From an uncultured bacterium (GTDB lineage: Bacteria; Chloroflexota; UBA5177; JANWHV01): 64,000 nt of DNA. The stretch is from contig CAWHAE010000008.1 of NCBI GenBank assembly GCA_963827235.1, positions 320,001-384,000 of the forward strand. Reading direction: 5' to 3'. Numbering within the stretch: position 1 is the first letter of the stretch; each line of letters opens with the position of its first letter. Both the position numbers and the translations under genes were made by a program. The notes under the pieces were generated by a model. It did not search any database. It was not told the origin of the DNA and was given only the letters and a program-made list of their open reading frames with translations. Shown piece after piece: positions 31,751-41,936 of the stretch.

Positions 31751-32435
31751 GCATGGCCTCGATCATCGACCTGAACACCACGCGCCCGTCGATTCCACCT
31801 ATCGCCGTGTCGCACGCGCGCTCCGGGTGCGGCATCAGCCCGAAGATGGTTCCCTCGCGATTCCTCACTCCCGCTATCGCGTCGATGGAGCCATTCGGGT
31901 TTGAAGCAGAATCCAGCGTTCCGTCATCCCGGCAATATCGCAACACGATCTGGTCGTTGGCCGTGAGCTCGGCGAGTTGATCAGGGTCGCAGTGGTAGCG
32001 GCCCTCGCCGTGCGAGATGGGCATGCGGAGCACAGCGCCTGCCGCTGTGTGACCAAAGAACTGCCGGCAGTCGGACGTCAGGATCAGATTCACCCAATGG
32101 CAGCGAAATTCCAGCGAATCGTTGCGCAGGAGGGCGCCCGGCAACAGGCCAGCTTCCGTGAGTATCTGCATACCGTTGCATATGCCAAGGACCGGCTTGC
32201 CGCGCTTCGCGTGCGAATATACGGCCTCCATGATCGGCGAGAAGCGCGCGATCGCTCCGCAGCGCAGATAGTCACCGTGCGCAAAGCCACCAGGGAGAAC
32301 CACCGCGTCGGCGCCGTGCAAGTTGGTTTCCGTATGCCAGATAACCTCGACAACCTGGTCGAACACGTCGGTCAGAACGCAGCGCGTATCCTCATCGCAG
32401 TTCGACCCCGGGAAGGCGACGACTGCCCACCTCAC
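31743..32435 (-). CDS. purQ: FGAM synthase glutaminase subunit
   Basis: FPGSNCD, GICNG, MPHPER; GTG start overlaps the purS stop. Confidence 0.96.
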   Translation of the reverse strand: MRWAVVAFPGSNCDEDTRCVLTDVFDQVVEVIWHTETNLHGADAVVLPGGFAHGDYLRCGAIARFSPIMEAVYSHAKRGKPVLGICNGMQILTEAGLLPGALLRNDSLEFRCHWVNLILTSDCRQFFGHTAAGAVLRMPISHGEGRYHCDPDQLAELTANDQIVLRYCRDDGTLDSASNPNGSIDAIAGVRNREGTIFGLMPHPERACDTAIGGIDGRVVFRSMIEAMHE

Positions 32436-32713
32436 GTCGACGGCCTGTCGACGAGATCCAGCGTGAACGTCTCGATCACGGGATTGCTGAGCAGACGCTC
32501 GCACGCGGAGCGAGCCTGCTCGAGCGCCGCCTCGCCGCTGGGCGCTGCCACGGACAGTCGAAAGTACTTGCCGGCGTGGATTTCCGCTATAGTGCCGTAG
32601 CCCATGGCGTGCAATCCGCGCAATATGGCTTTGCCTTGCGTGTCCAGCACCGCCGGTCGCAGGCTGACGCGCACATCAATGCCGTAGGTGACCGGCGTTT
32701 CTACGTCAGCCAT
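32432..32713 (-). CDS. purS: FGAM synthase subunit PurS
   Basis: LDTQG, GKYF, LLSNPVIE. Confidence 0.93.
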   Translation of the reverse strand: MADVETPVTYGIDVRVSLRPAVLDTQGKAILRGLHAMGYGTIAEIHAGKYFRLSVAAPSGEAALEQARSACERLLSNPVIETFTLDLVDRPST

Positions 32714-33617
32714 CGAGGTCCCTCCCTGTGAGCAACGTGTAGGCCGCCTTGTACCGCGCTTCAGTGGCAGCGACGATCTCAGGCGGCAGTGCTGGGGCGG
32801 GTGGCTGCCTGTCCCATCCGCATCGAAGCAGGTAGTCGCGCACCGGCTGCTTGTCGAAGCTAGGCTGCGCATGTCCGGGCCCGTATCTATCGGCAGGCCA
32901 GAATCGGGACGAGTCGGGCGTGAGTAGCTCGTCGATCAGCAATAGCTGTTCGCCGACCAGGCCAAACTCGAACTTGGTGTCAGCGATGATCACGCCGCGG
33001 CCGAGCGCGTATCCTCTAGCGGCCTCGTAGATTGCCAAACTCGTCGCCTCCAGTTGCCTGGCAAGCGAGTGGCCTAGCATCGCCACGAGGTGATCGACGC
33101 CGATATTCTCGTCGTGTCCAGCTTCGTTCTTGATGGCAGGAGTGAACGCCGCAGAAGGCAGCTCCTCGCACATCCGCAGGCCCACGGGCAGCGGTATTCC
33201 TGCCAACGTGCCGCGCTCGGCGTACTCCGCCCAGCCCGAGCCCGCAAGGTATCCTCGGACGACGCATTCGACGTCGATCCGCTGCGCTCGGCGGACGAGC
33301 GAGGAACGGCCTGCGAGCTCAACGGTCCCAGGATTGAAGCCGAGGAGATCGCTGATCACGTCCCATTCGGCCGATATCAGGTGGTTTGGCACGATGTGGC
33401 TCGTCAGGTCAAACCAGAAAGCCGAGATCGCGGTAAGCACGCGGCCCTTTTTCGGAATGCCGGTCGGCAGGATGCAATCGAAGGCGGATATGCGATCGCT
33501 TGCCACCATCAGCAGGCGGTCCTGGCCGGCGTCATACATATCGCGAACCTTGCCGCGATGGACGTGCGTCAGCCCTCTTACGGTGGGAAGCTGGTCAGCA
33601 GGCGACCAAGGCTTCAT
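32706..33617 (-). CDS. purC: SAICAR synthase
   Basis: GKVRD, SDRISAFD, ADTKFEFG, TPDSSRFW. Confidence 0.97.
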   Translation of the reverse strand: MKPWSPADQLPTVRGLTHVHRGKVRDMYDAGQDRLLMVASDRISAFDCILPTGIPKKGRVLTAISAFWFDLTSHIVPNHLISAEWDVISDLLGFNPGTVELAGRSSLVRRAQRIDVECVVRGYLAGSGWAEYAERGTLAGIPLPVGLRMCEELPSAAFTPAIKNEAGHDENIGVDHLVAMLGHSLARQLEATSLAIYEAARGYALGRGVIIADTKFEFGLVGEQLLLIDELLTPDSSRFWPADRYGPGHAQPSFDKQPVRDYLLRCGWDRQPPAPALPPEIVAATEARYKAAYTLLTGRDLDG

Positions 33618-33619
33618 GG

Positions 33620-34351
33620 CTATTCGTCGCCGTCGAGCTTGAAGTACCGGTACGTCTCGCCGTGGGTGAACGCCTGGCCTTCGGCCGCGCCGGCGGCCCA
33701 CTTGCCGACCATCTCCGTGGGATCCCAGCCATTGAGCTGGCTCTTGTGAGCGGTCAGCGCCTCGATCTTGAGAGGAAGGGTCTCGCTGATGTCCACGATG
33801 ACGTCGTCCTCGCTGGACATGCCGACGAAGACTTCGCCTATCTTGTGAGGCTGGAATCCTTCGGCCAGGAGCTCGGGAAAGGTAAGCGGGTCGCGCGCGG
33901 CGGGGAATATGGCGCCGAGAGCGGCCTCCCCAGCCGCGCGGTGGTCGGGATGATTGATGTAGTCGCGCCCGCTGTAGTAGCGCGTGGGATCCTGGCAGAT
34001 CGCCACTTTCGGCTTGTATTGCCTGATCACGCGGGCGATGTCGCGGCGTAGCGTGAGCGATGGAGTCACCATGCCATCTTCATAGTGCAGGAACTCGACA
34101 TGTTTCACGCCCAGAATGCGACAGGCCTCTTGCTGCTCACCGCGGCGTATGGCCGCGAGATCGGCGCTGCTCATGGTCGGATCGTTCGAGCCCTTGTCGC
34201 CGTCCGTCACGAGCAGATACACGATCTCGCAGCCGCCGCGCGCCCACCTCGCCACGGTTCCGGCGACCATGAACTCCGCATCATCCGGGTGCGCGACGAT
34301 CACGATCGCGCTCTCCGGAACGGCGCCATAATTCTCGAGGCTCTTGACCAC
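33620..34351 (-). CDS. PIG-L/LmbE-family deacetylase
   Basis: AHPDD, HPDH, HKSQ. Confidence 0.9.
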   Translation of the reverse strand: MVKSLENYGAVPESAIVIVAHPDDAEFMVAGTVARWARGGCEIVYLLVTDGDKGSNDPTMSSADLAAIRRGEQQEACRILGVKHVEFLHYEDGMVTPSLTLRRDIARVIRQYKPKVAICQDPTRYYSGRDYINHPDHRAAGEAALGAIFPAARDPLTFPELLAEGFQPHKIGEVFVGMSSEDDVIVDISETLPLKIEALTAHKSQLNGWDPTEMVGKWAAGAAEGQAFTHGETYRYFKLDGDE

Positions 34352-34532
34352 GCTTGCACCATCCTTTCCCGGACCGCTTGCAGGACTGCCAGCTCAAGCC
34401 TGCGGCGACCGAGGCTCACCCAATAGCGCATCCAGAATGCGTTCATTGGATATTGTACGGCATGGCCGTGGCGCAGCACCGCCTGCGAATCGGCTGAGTG
34501 GTACCGGATCGTGCGAAGAATTCGCGCTGAGG

Positions 34533-35156
34533 TCAGGTTCGAACGACGCCCTCGGCGGGAGCCGCTTCCGAGGCGATCGGCGAGTCAAGCGGCAACTTGC
34601 CGCGCTCGTCGATGCCTCGAGCGAACTCCTCCACCATCTTGGCGTTGAAGGCAGAGAGGTCTGCCGGCTTGCGGCTAGTAACCAGCCCGCTGTCTACGTG
34701 CACCTCACGATCGACCCAACGCCCGCCGGCGTTGACAATATCCGTCCTGAGCGAGGGCCACGAGGTGAGCGTCCGAGATTTGACCACTCCGGCTTCCACC
34801 AGCAGCCAGGGCCCGTGGCAGATTGCCGCCACCGGCTTACCTGCGATGAAGAACGCTCGCACGAAATCCACCGCCTGGGGCACGGTGCGGAGCTGATCGG
34901 CGTTAAGTACGCCTCCCGGCAGCATCAGTGCGTCGAACTCGCCGGGTGTGGTCGTGTCCAAGGTGGCGTCCACGTGGACGGACTGGCCCCAGTTGTTCTT
35001 CTGCCAGCCGCGAATCTGGCCCTGCTTGTGAGACACGACTTTGACGTCCGCGCCTGCCTCCAGTAAAGCCTGCCTGGGCAACATCAGCTCGCTCTGCTCG
35101 AATCCGTCAGTCGACAGGACGGCAATCCGCCTCCCGTCTAGGGCCATTGCGTACAT
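34533..35156 (-). CDS. PfpI/DJ-1 family protein
   Basis: DGFEQSEL, LPGG, AICHGPW, LVTSRKP. Confidence 0.92.
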   Translation of the reverse strand: MYAMALDGRRIAVLSTDGFEQSELMLPRQALLEAGADVKVVSHKQGQIRGWQKNNWGQSVHVDATLDTTTPGEFDALMLPGGVLNADQLRTVPQAVDFVRAFFIAGKPVAAICHGPWLLVEAGVVKSRTLTSWPSLRTDIVNAGGRWVDREVHVDSGLVTSRKPADLSAFNAKMVEEFARGIDERGKLPLDSPIASEAAPAEGVVRT

Positions 35157-35325
35157 GCTGTACTCCTAACTGTTCGCGATGAGACCGTCGTAGCGGTTCA
35201 TTCGCGTTACCGGCACCCCTGACCTCGCGGCGGCCGCTCCCGCGGGCACGCGCTCCGTCTGCTTTCGGAGGCTCGACTCCTCGACCGACTATGTTCCATG
35301 CGTTGTCATCCCGAGACGGATACTG

Positions 35326-35508
35326 TTACTCGCCAGGCTGATGGTGCCCTTCCTTGTGTTGTTTGAGCACAGTGCGGGCGGCCACTTCATCGACCCGCTT
35401 GCCGTAGCGTCCAGACTTGTCGGCGCTTTCTTTGATGTGCTCGTATCGGCGCTGTTCCTTGTCGCTCACGCCTCGCAGGTGCTCTTCCCGTCCGTCCCGT
35501 GCCGGCAT
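35326..35508 (-). CDS. Small basic protein (K-x-x-R-x-Y-E-H-I-K ... AARTV type)
   Basis: AGGAGG RBS; the motif resembles a small stress-associated family (recalled, not searched). Confidence 0.65.
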   Translation of the reverse strand: MPARDGREEHLRGVSDKEQRRYEHIKESADKSGRYGKRVDEVAARTVLKQHKEGHHQPGE

Positions 35509-35810
35509 TTTGTGTTCCTCCTATCTGGCTAGATCCACCAGGATTCTTGGCGGACCGGCTCCCATGGTGCCGCCTCCGCCGGCACAGTCCATCGCCCAGA
35601 CGATCGGGACTGGCGTCCGAGATGCCTTAGTCCTATTGATCTGCATCTGGCGCACCCACGGTACGAACGGCCCAGCTAAGTAGAGTGAGGGCTGGAGCCA
35701 TTTGTTAGCCGGACCGGTTCCATGCCATCCAGAGGATCGACGTCGTGCAGGAGTCAAAGCATTCATCCGGATCGACTCGGCGGTTCTGGGGAGGGGGCGT
35801 TCTAGAGCCG

Positions 35811-38800
35811 CTAGAGCGGGATCAAGCCCAGCTCCCGACCACGCGTCACCGCCTCTGTCCGCGTGGTCACGCCCAGCTTGCCGAAGATGCTGGCCAGGTG
35901 CGTCTTTACCGTGCTCTCGCTGAGGCTGAGCTGCAGAGCGATCTCCTTGTTCCTCGACCCGGTGGCTAGAGAGCGCAAGACGCCAATCTCGCGCTCTGTA
36001 AGCGGCTCCACGATGTCACCCTGCCTTGCGAGCTCGCCGAACCGCTCGACCAGCTTGCCGGCGACCACGGGCTGAAGAAGCGATTCATTACGGGCGGCTG
36101 CACGCACGGCGTCGGCGAGCTCGACCGAAGTTACGTCTTTGAGCACGTAGCCTTTCGCTCCCGACTTGATGCCTTCGTAGATATAGTCGTCGTTGTCGTA
36201 GGTGGTGACGATCACGCAACGAATCTCCGGGAAGAGAGTGCGAACCCGTGAGATGACCTCTACCCCGGAAATATCTGGAAGCTGCAGATCGCACAACACC
36301 ACGTCGGGGCGCAAGTCGTTAATGATGCGCAATCCATCCGATCCGGTACCGGCTGCCCCGATGACCTGTATGTCGGCGTGCTCGCTCAGCATGTGCTCCA
36401 ATCCCTGCCGCACCATAGAGTGATCGTCTATCAGCACAATGCGAATCCGCTCCCCGTTGCCGTTCGTCGAGCTGGCACGAGCCGGAGCCGCGGGCGCGGC
36501 CACCGTCAGCTTTTCCTGTGGCACTGGTTCGGACGGTGTGTAGGGCACCACGCACCAAACACGCGTGCCCTGATGCGCTGCGCTTTCGACGCGCAGGCTG
36601 CCGCCCACGAGTCGAGCGCGCTCGGCTGCGCCCGCCAGGCCCACCCTGCCGGTGCCGAGCAGCTCGACCGCGGAGGGATCGAAGCCCTTGCCGTCGTCCT
36701 CCACGAGGAGCGTGAAGACCTGCAGCCCATAGTCCAGCAGGAGTCTGACGTGCCTGGCTTCGCTATGTGACCAGATGTTGTCCAGGGCAACTCGCGTAAG
36801 CCGCTGCACCACTGAGCCTGTCTCCGCCGCCAGAGCCCTTGGCTCACCCGTGACGATCACTTCCGGCTTTATGCTCAGTCGCCGCTCCAGCTTGGCAGCT
36901 TCATCCTGGACGACAGTGCGCGGGTCCTGGAGATCCACACTTGCCGAACGGAGGTTCCAGACGATGCGCCGCGTCTCCGCTACGGCCGACCTCGCAGTGC
37001 TGCGGGCCTGGGAGAGGATCTGGCGTGTCTCCGAGTCCTCGGGCACCAGCTGCAGTGCACGCTCAAGCTGGAGCACAACCGACGTGACCATCTGAGCGAG
37101 CACGTCGTGAATGTCGCGCGCCAGTCTATCCCGCTCCTCCTTCTTGGCGTGCTGGCCATACTCCTCTTGCAGGGTCCTCATCGCGTGGCAGGTGCCGAGT
37201 ACAAGACCCAGTGTGCCAGCAAGCTCGACGTCGACGTCCCCGTAGACGTCTGCCCGGCGGTCGAGCAGCAGGATGCTGCCGGCCGGAGCGTCGTCGATAA
37301 CAATGGGAACAGCGATGGCGCTGTGGAAGCCGGCTTCGGCAATCGATGTGCCAAAGCCGCCATCGGGCATGCCCCCCAGGTCGCCAAGCACGGTACCCTG
37401 CGCCGATACCGGCAGGTGCTCCGCGGCGGCAATGAGGACCGAGCTGAGCTCCCGGCCGGCAAATCCCTCTGCCCCGGGCTCGCCACCGGCGTCGTAGGCT
37501 GCGAGCTCCGGCACAGGAGACTCGATCCTCACCAGCGCGGCATCAAACGGGATCCGCCTTCGGACTTCACGCAGCAGGTCGATCTCCACATTGTCGTTTG
37601 CTAGGTGCGCGAGCAGGTGCCCGAGAACCCCGTGCAGCGACTGCAACCGCCGCAAGGCATGTGCGGACCGTGACTCTTCCAAGCGCTGAGGTGAAATGTC
37701 CTGGATGAGAGCGATGGAACCGGTTACCCGTCCCTTGTGATCGGTCGTCGGCGATGCCGACACGAGTACGGTGGCCAGACGTCCGTCGCGCAGCCTGAGC
37801 AGGCATTCTTCACCCGGGACAGCGACGCTTTCGCGAAAGGCGCGTGTCAGTGGCCACTGCTCGGCGGGATACGGACGGCGATCAAGAAAGAAGGCCTCGA
37901 ATTCCGGCGATTGGCTCTGGCCAGGCGCCGACATCAACGTGCCGGAGCGTGCCAGCGCAACCGCTGCGCTGTTCCAGAATCGGATCTGGTGCGGCGGCAG
38001 GTCGGCCACAAGAACGGCGACCGGCGACTGGAAGGCGGCTGCGCGCAAGGCGTCGCGGTCGCTCCTGATTGCGGCGTTCGCCGCTGCGTCCTTCTCATTC
38101 GCCTGGGCCTGGCCAATGCGCACGGCCATGTCGGCGGCGATCTGCTCGATAAGCATGACCTCGCCGCTCTCCCACACTCGCAGGTCCGCTGTCTGTATGG
38201 CCACCAGTGCTCCCAGAACCTTCCCCGTCAATGTAAGAGGTGAGATCAGCAGGGAACACATGCCGCTGCCGAGCAGCAGCTCGCGGTTTGCGCGGATCGA
38301 TGCCTCCCCACCCGGGTCGCGCGCGATGTCCGAGATGGCAAGCGTCCGCCGGCTGTGTGTAACCAGCGCCACAATAGCCTGAAGCACCGCCTCGACGCGC
38401 CCGTCAAGCGTGGTGTCACCTTGCGAAAACGTGGCCGCTCGCATTGGAGGGGCGGTGTCCGTTCCCAGATAGACTCCGCACCAGGTGACGCCCAGCGCCT
38501 GGCCGATCGCGGTAGCCGCCCCGGCACAGAGTGGCTCGGTGCGGCTGGCGTCGCGAAGCGACTCCTGGATGCTTGCCCTGAGCAGCCCGATACGAGCGCG
38601 CGCCGATTCCTCCGAGAGAATCATGGCATTCCCCAGCGTCGCCGAAAGGTGGACTGCCAGCTCTGAGAGATCCACGGCCAGCTTGCCGCCGTACTCTCTC
38701 GTGGTCTGATAGCCGATGCCGACGAAGCCGAGCAGCCGATCCTGCTGAACGAGAGGGATGCCGAGCCACGCCTCGACGGTATCCGCGGCAGGAATCGACT

Positions 38801-39140
38801 CGGCGATCTCCGGCCAGGCGGCATAATGCCGCACGTCTGCTATGTACATGGGGTTGAGTCCGGCCCGAAACTGCCTCAACGGCGGCCAATGGTCGGGAAG
38901 GGAATGGCCGAGAGGCAGAGGCTCACTGGGCCTCCCGGCGCCGCCTACGGCGACGCAACGCATTACACCGTCCTGGCTAACGCAAAGGCTCGCACTATCG
39001 CACGCCGCGATCATCACCACTGCGTCGACGATGGCCGTCCATACCTGCGGCAGCCGCAGGCTTGTGTTGACGGTCCGGATCGCCTCGAGCAGTCTCGACG
39101 TCGAGCCATCGACGGCATCCTGAACGAACCGATCCGTCAT
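35811..39140 (-). CDS. Hybrid sensor kinase-response regulator: GAF-GAF-PAS-GAF-HisKA_3-HATPase-REC-LuxR HTH
   Basis: ERDRLARDIHD, VEDDGKGF, IVLIDDH..PDVVLCD, LTEREIGVL..NKEIA..TVKTH. Confidence 0.9.
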   Translation of the reverse strand: MTDRFVQDAVDGSTSRLLEAIRTVNTSLRLPQVWTAIVDAVVMIAACDSASLCVSQDGVMRCVAVGGAGRPSEPLPLGHSLPDHWPPLRQFRAGLNPMYIADVRHYAAWPEIAESIPAADTVEAWLGIPLVQQDRLLGFVGIGYQTTREYGGKLAVDLSELAVHLSATLGNAMILSEESARARIGLLRASIQESLRDASRTEPLCAGAATAIGQALGVTWCGVYLGTDTAPPMRAATFSQGDTTLDGRVEAVLQAIVALVTHSRRTLAISDIARDPGGEASIRANRELLLGSGMCSLLISPLTLTGKVLGALVAIQTADLRVWESGEVMLIEQIAADMAVRIGQAQANEKDAAANAAIRSDRDALRAAAFQSPVAVLVADLPPHQIRFWNSAAVALARSGTLMSAPGQSQSPEFEAFFLDRRPYPAEQWPLTRAFRESVAVPGEECLLRLRDGRLATVLVSASPTTDHKGRVTGSIALIQDISPQRLEESRSAHALRRLQSLHGVLGHLLAHLANDNVEIDLLREVRRRIPFDAALVRIESPVPELAAYDAGGEPGAEGFAGRELSSVLIAAAEHLPVSAQGTVLGDLGGMPDGGFGTSIAEAGFHSAIAVPIVIDDAPAGSILLLDRRADVYGDVDVELAGTLGLVLGTCHAMRTLQEEYGQHAKKEERDRLARDIHDVLAQMVTSVVLQLERALQLVPEDSETRQILSQARSTARSAVAETRRIVWNLRSASVDLQDPRTVVQDEAAKLERRLSIKPEVIVTGEPRALAAETGSVVQRLTRVALDNIWSHSEARHVRLLLDYGLQVFTLLVEDDGKGFDPSAVELLGTGRVGLAGAAERARLVGGSLRVESAAHQGTRVWCVVPYTPSEPVPQEKLTVAAPAAPARASSTNGNGERIRIVLIDDHSMVRQGLEHMLSEHADIQVIGAAGTGSDGLRIINDLRPDVVLCDLQLPDISGVEVISRVRTLFPEIRCVIVTTYDNDDYIYEGIKSGAKGYVLKDVTSVELADAVRAAARNESLLQPVVAGKLVERFGELARQGDIVEPLTEREIGVLRSLATGSRNKEIALQLSLSESTVKTHLASIFGKLGVTTRTEAVTRGRELGLIPL

Positions 39141-39262
39141 GGAAGGTCACTTCTCCACTTGGGTATCTCAATATTGGGCACTGCTAAGTAGCAGCGCAGC
39201 ACACGGCCTCCGACATGCCGAAGCTTGCCCCGCGTGCCCACCGGATCTCCCGTGCGTCGGCT

Positions 39263-39706
39263 TCAGGCCTGCGGTGAGTCGGTTCCCGCGGGAAGCACCA
39301 TGACGTGCGGCGCTCTGGCGTGGCGCCCGATTGCCTGCTCGAGCGCCTCGTCTAGCTCTTCAATCAGGTACGGCTTGGCGAGGAAGGTGTGAGCACCGGC
39401 ATGCCGTGCCAGCAGCTCGGGATCCCCGGACGACACGTATGCGCTCAGCAGCACAATTGCGACTGGTGCGCGATCCCTGATGATCGAGCATGCCGTCAAT
39501 CCATCCTGACCAGGCAGGCCCCAATCAATGACAACGACGTCAGGCCGCTCTCGAGCCACGAGCTCAACCACCTCTATGCCGTCGCGAGCCTCGGCCACGA
39601 CCTCATGCCCAAGCTCGGCTAGCTGCTGCCGAAGCAGCTCGCGGATCTGGGAATTGTCTTCCGCAACTACTACTCGGTACTTCGCCGGCACGCTGCCCGC
39701 TATCAT
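39263..39706 (-). CDS. Stand-alone response regulator receiver
   Basis: VVVAED, PDVVVID, LAKP; no output domain. Confidence 0.88.
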   Translation of the reverse strand: MIAGSVPAKYRVVVAEDNSQIRELLRQQLAELGHEVVAEARDGIEVVELVARERPDVVVIDWGLPGQDGLTACSIIRDRAPVAIVLLSAYVSSGDPELLARHAGAHTFLAKPYLIEELDEALEQAIGRHARAPHVMVLPAGTDSPQA

Positions 39707-39990
39707 CGTGCAACTCCACCCGCCACATCCCGCAGCCACACCCGCGCAACCAACCCACAATTGGGCACGCCCTGCACACTGACTCGCTGCGTCACTGTAG
39801 CGGAGACCGGTCAATGTGTCAAAGCGGTTGGAGTTGAGGTGTTGTGCCGGCCGAGAAGCCGGAAGCGCACCCGTAGACTCGAACAACTGTTCGCACGCGG
39901 AAAGCAAGATGGATCACGGCACGGATACAAATGCAATGGCCGGCTCACGTGCCAATTGTGCCCAGATGACTGGCTGGTATGAAGCTCGAA

Positions 39991-40260
39991 CTATGATGCC
40001 GAGGACTGCATTGGCATCGCAGTTGCGCTACGCCGGCGCCGGCGCCGGCCCACATATCCTTTGGTCGCGTAAGGCGTGGCGTCACCCCAAGATCGAATCA
40101 GGCTAGTGCTGCCGCAGCGGCCGCATGTCAGGATCGAGCGCGGTGGCAATGCCAACGCCTCGGCCTGGCTGACGGGCACGCTGCTTGCCTCGGTGTGGTG
40201 AACGAAGCCCCGGCTATTTGAGCAGCTCAAACACTCGATCTGCCGCGCATATAGTCCCAC
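39991..40260 (-). CDS. Small CxxC..CxxC zinc-finger protein with Arg-rich tail
   Basis: GGGAG RBS with GTG start; CLSC and CGRCG. Confidence 0.6.
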   Translation of the reverse strand: MGLYARQIECLSCSNSRGFVHHTEASSVPVSQAEALALPPRSILTCGRCGSTSLIRSWGDATPYATKGYVGRRRRRRSATAMPMQSSAS

Positions 40261-40592
40261 TGGAGTCTCCCTATACTGCCACCCGGCGCCACATTCGGCA
40301 CCAAAGCCGCGGATCACCCGACTGCACTCCGCGGTGTCAGTCGTTTAGTGCTGGCTCCATTCTGTTACGGAGAGCTTTGCGGCGCACCACCTGTCCGGTG
40401 GATTGCAGGGCGGAAAAGGGACTAGCCCACGAACTCATCCATTGCCATACGTGAGGCCGATGCGCCTGCACCCATTTATCGCCATAATCAACAACGGCGG
40501 AGAGCATGGAGCCAGCCTCGTGGTTGAGGCCATGGCATGCAGAACCGACACGTGGGGATGTGGGCTCGGCAATGCATGCTCGTGGGAGTATC

Positions 40593-41123
40593 ATGGAGAA
40601 GCGCATGAAGCCGGTGTTGCTGGCAGCGTTTCCGTCGCTAGACCAGGCACTGGGCGCTATTGACGATCTGGTGATTGCGGGCTTCGGCGGAGATGCCGTG
40701 GGCTTGGCTTCCCGGGAGCGACCGTACGGCGAGTTGCAGCGTGAGAGTCAGGATCCGGTGAATGCGGCTGGCAAACAGGACATCGCGGGCCAAGCTGATT
40801 TCTTCTCGCGGCCTGATGATGGCGGTGGGTGCGCGCGCAGCAAGTACCGCGGAACCGGCACTATCGTGCAAATTCCCGGCGTGGGACCGGTCGCCGTCTC
40901 CGGTCTCTTCGCCGGGGCAGCCGGTGTCAAGCACTGGCTGGCAGGATGTCTCAGCGACACCGACGCCGGTACCTCGGAATGCGGCTACCGTGAGAGCCAG
41001 ATCGGCGCCGGTAAGGCGCTGGTTGCAGTTCTGCCCGAAGGCAGGTCGATTTTGGCTGGCGAAATACTGCAACGGCACGGCGGAGAGTTATCGCGAGCCT
41101 GGGGTCAAACCGCGCGCTGGTAG
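40593..41123 (+). CDS. General-stress-protein-like hypothetical protein
   Basis: AAFPSLDQA..AIDDL..AGF, IPGVGP, GKALVAV..ILQRHG pattern. Confidence 0.6.
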   Translation: MEKRMKPVLLAAFPSLDQALGAIDDLVIAGFGGDAVGLASRERPYGELQRESQDPVNAAGKQDIAGQADFFSRPDDGGGCARSKYRGTGTIVQIPGVGPVAVSGLFAGAAGVKHWLAGCLSDTDAGTSECGYRESQIGAGKALVAVLPEGRSILAGEILQRHGGELSRAWGQTARW

Positions 41124-41262
41124 CAACGGCGCCCGCACATCGTTCGATACTAGTGGTTTGGCGCCAGTTACTGTGACGGCCAGTCTGAGCTTCTGGGCGA
41201 AGCGGCTTGCAGATGTTGTTCTATGCCTACCGTATCCAGGTGGGTCAGACTGAGAGAGTAGA

Positions 41263-41760
41263 GTGGAGCGCCGTCTGCTGACGCTGCGTGTCAAACAGCG
41301 CGTGCTTGGGCCCGGTGCGGACTACGAGATCACCCAGCCAGAGAGCGGCGAGATCGCGTATGTGGTCAAGAGCGTGCCAACCGGCGTCGGTCACTCGTTC
41401 GAGATGCACAACGCTGAGGGCGCCACGATCGCTACCATTCATCAGCACCTGTTGCCGGTGGAGCCAAACTACGTGATCCGTCGCGATGGAATAATCGTGG
41501 GAGAGATTCATCGCGACCTGTCCGCGGTGACCTTTCCCCGCTTTGTCCTGGGCGGCATCGACGGGCTGGTGCTGACTGGCGACCAATCGGATACCAAGTT
41601 CAGCCTGCTATTCCGGGGCGAGGTCGCCGCCCGCGTCGAGAAGGAGCTATCGCACGTGGGCACTGCCTACACGATGAGAATCTCCGGTGACGTGGACATA
41701 GTGACCGCCCTATGCATGCTTGTCGCGGTGGACGATGCCATTGGGCAGGAGGCTGACTAA
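41263..41760 (+). CDS. LURP-one/Tubby C-like (scramblase-related) protein
   Basis: VKQRVL...DYEI, beta-rich body, C-terminal helix ALCMLVAVD. Confidence 0.75.
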   Translation: MERRLLTLRVKQRVLGPGADYEITQPESGEIAYVVKSVPTGVGHSFEMHNAEGATIATIHQHLLPVEPNYVIRRDGIIVGEIHRDLSAVTFPRFVLGGIDGLVLTGDQSDTKFSLLFRGEVAARVEKELSHVGTAYTMRISGDVDIVTALCMLVAVDDAIGQEAD

Positions 41761-41936
41761 TCGCAGGTCCGTCGGAATGAGTGGATACACCGAGGAAGCC
41801 GCCGCGGCGACCCGGCGCATGCGGACATGGACCTGCCACGGCCACTCATGCTGGTGATCCGCCTGACCAACTGCCACCCCAATGATGGCGCAGCGTCATG
41901 GAAGGACGTTGCCAGCCCGCACAAGCCAGGCCCGGA

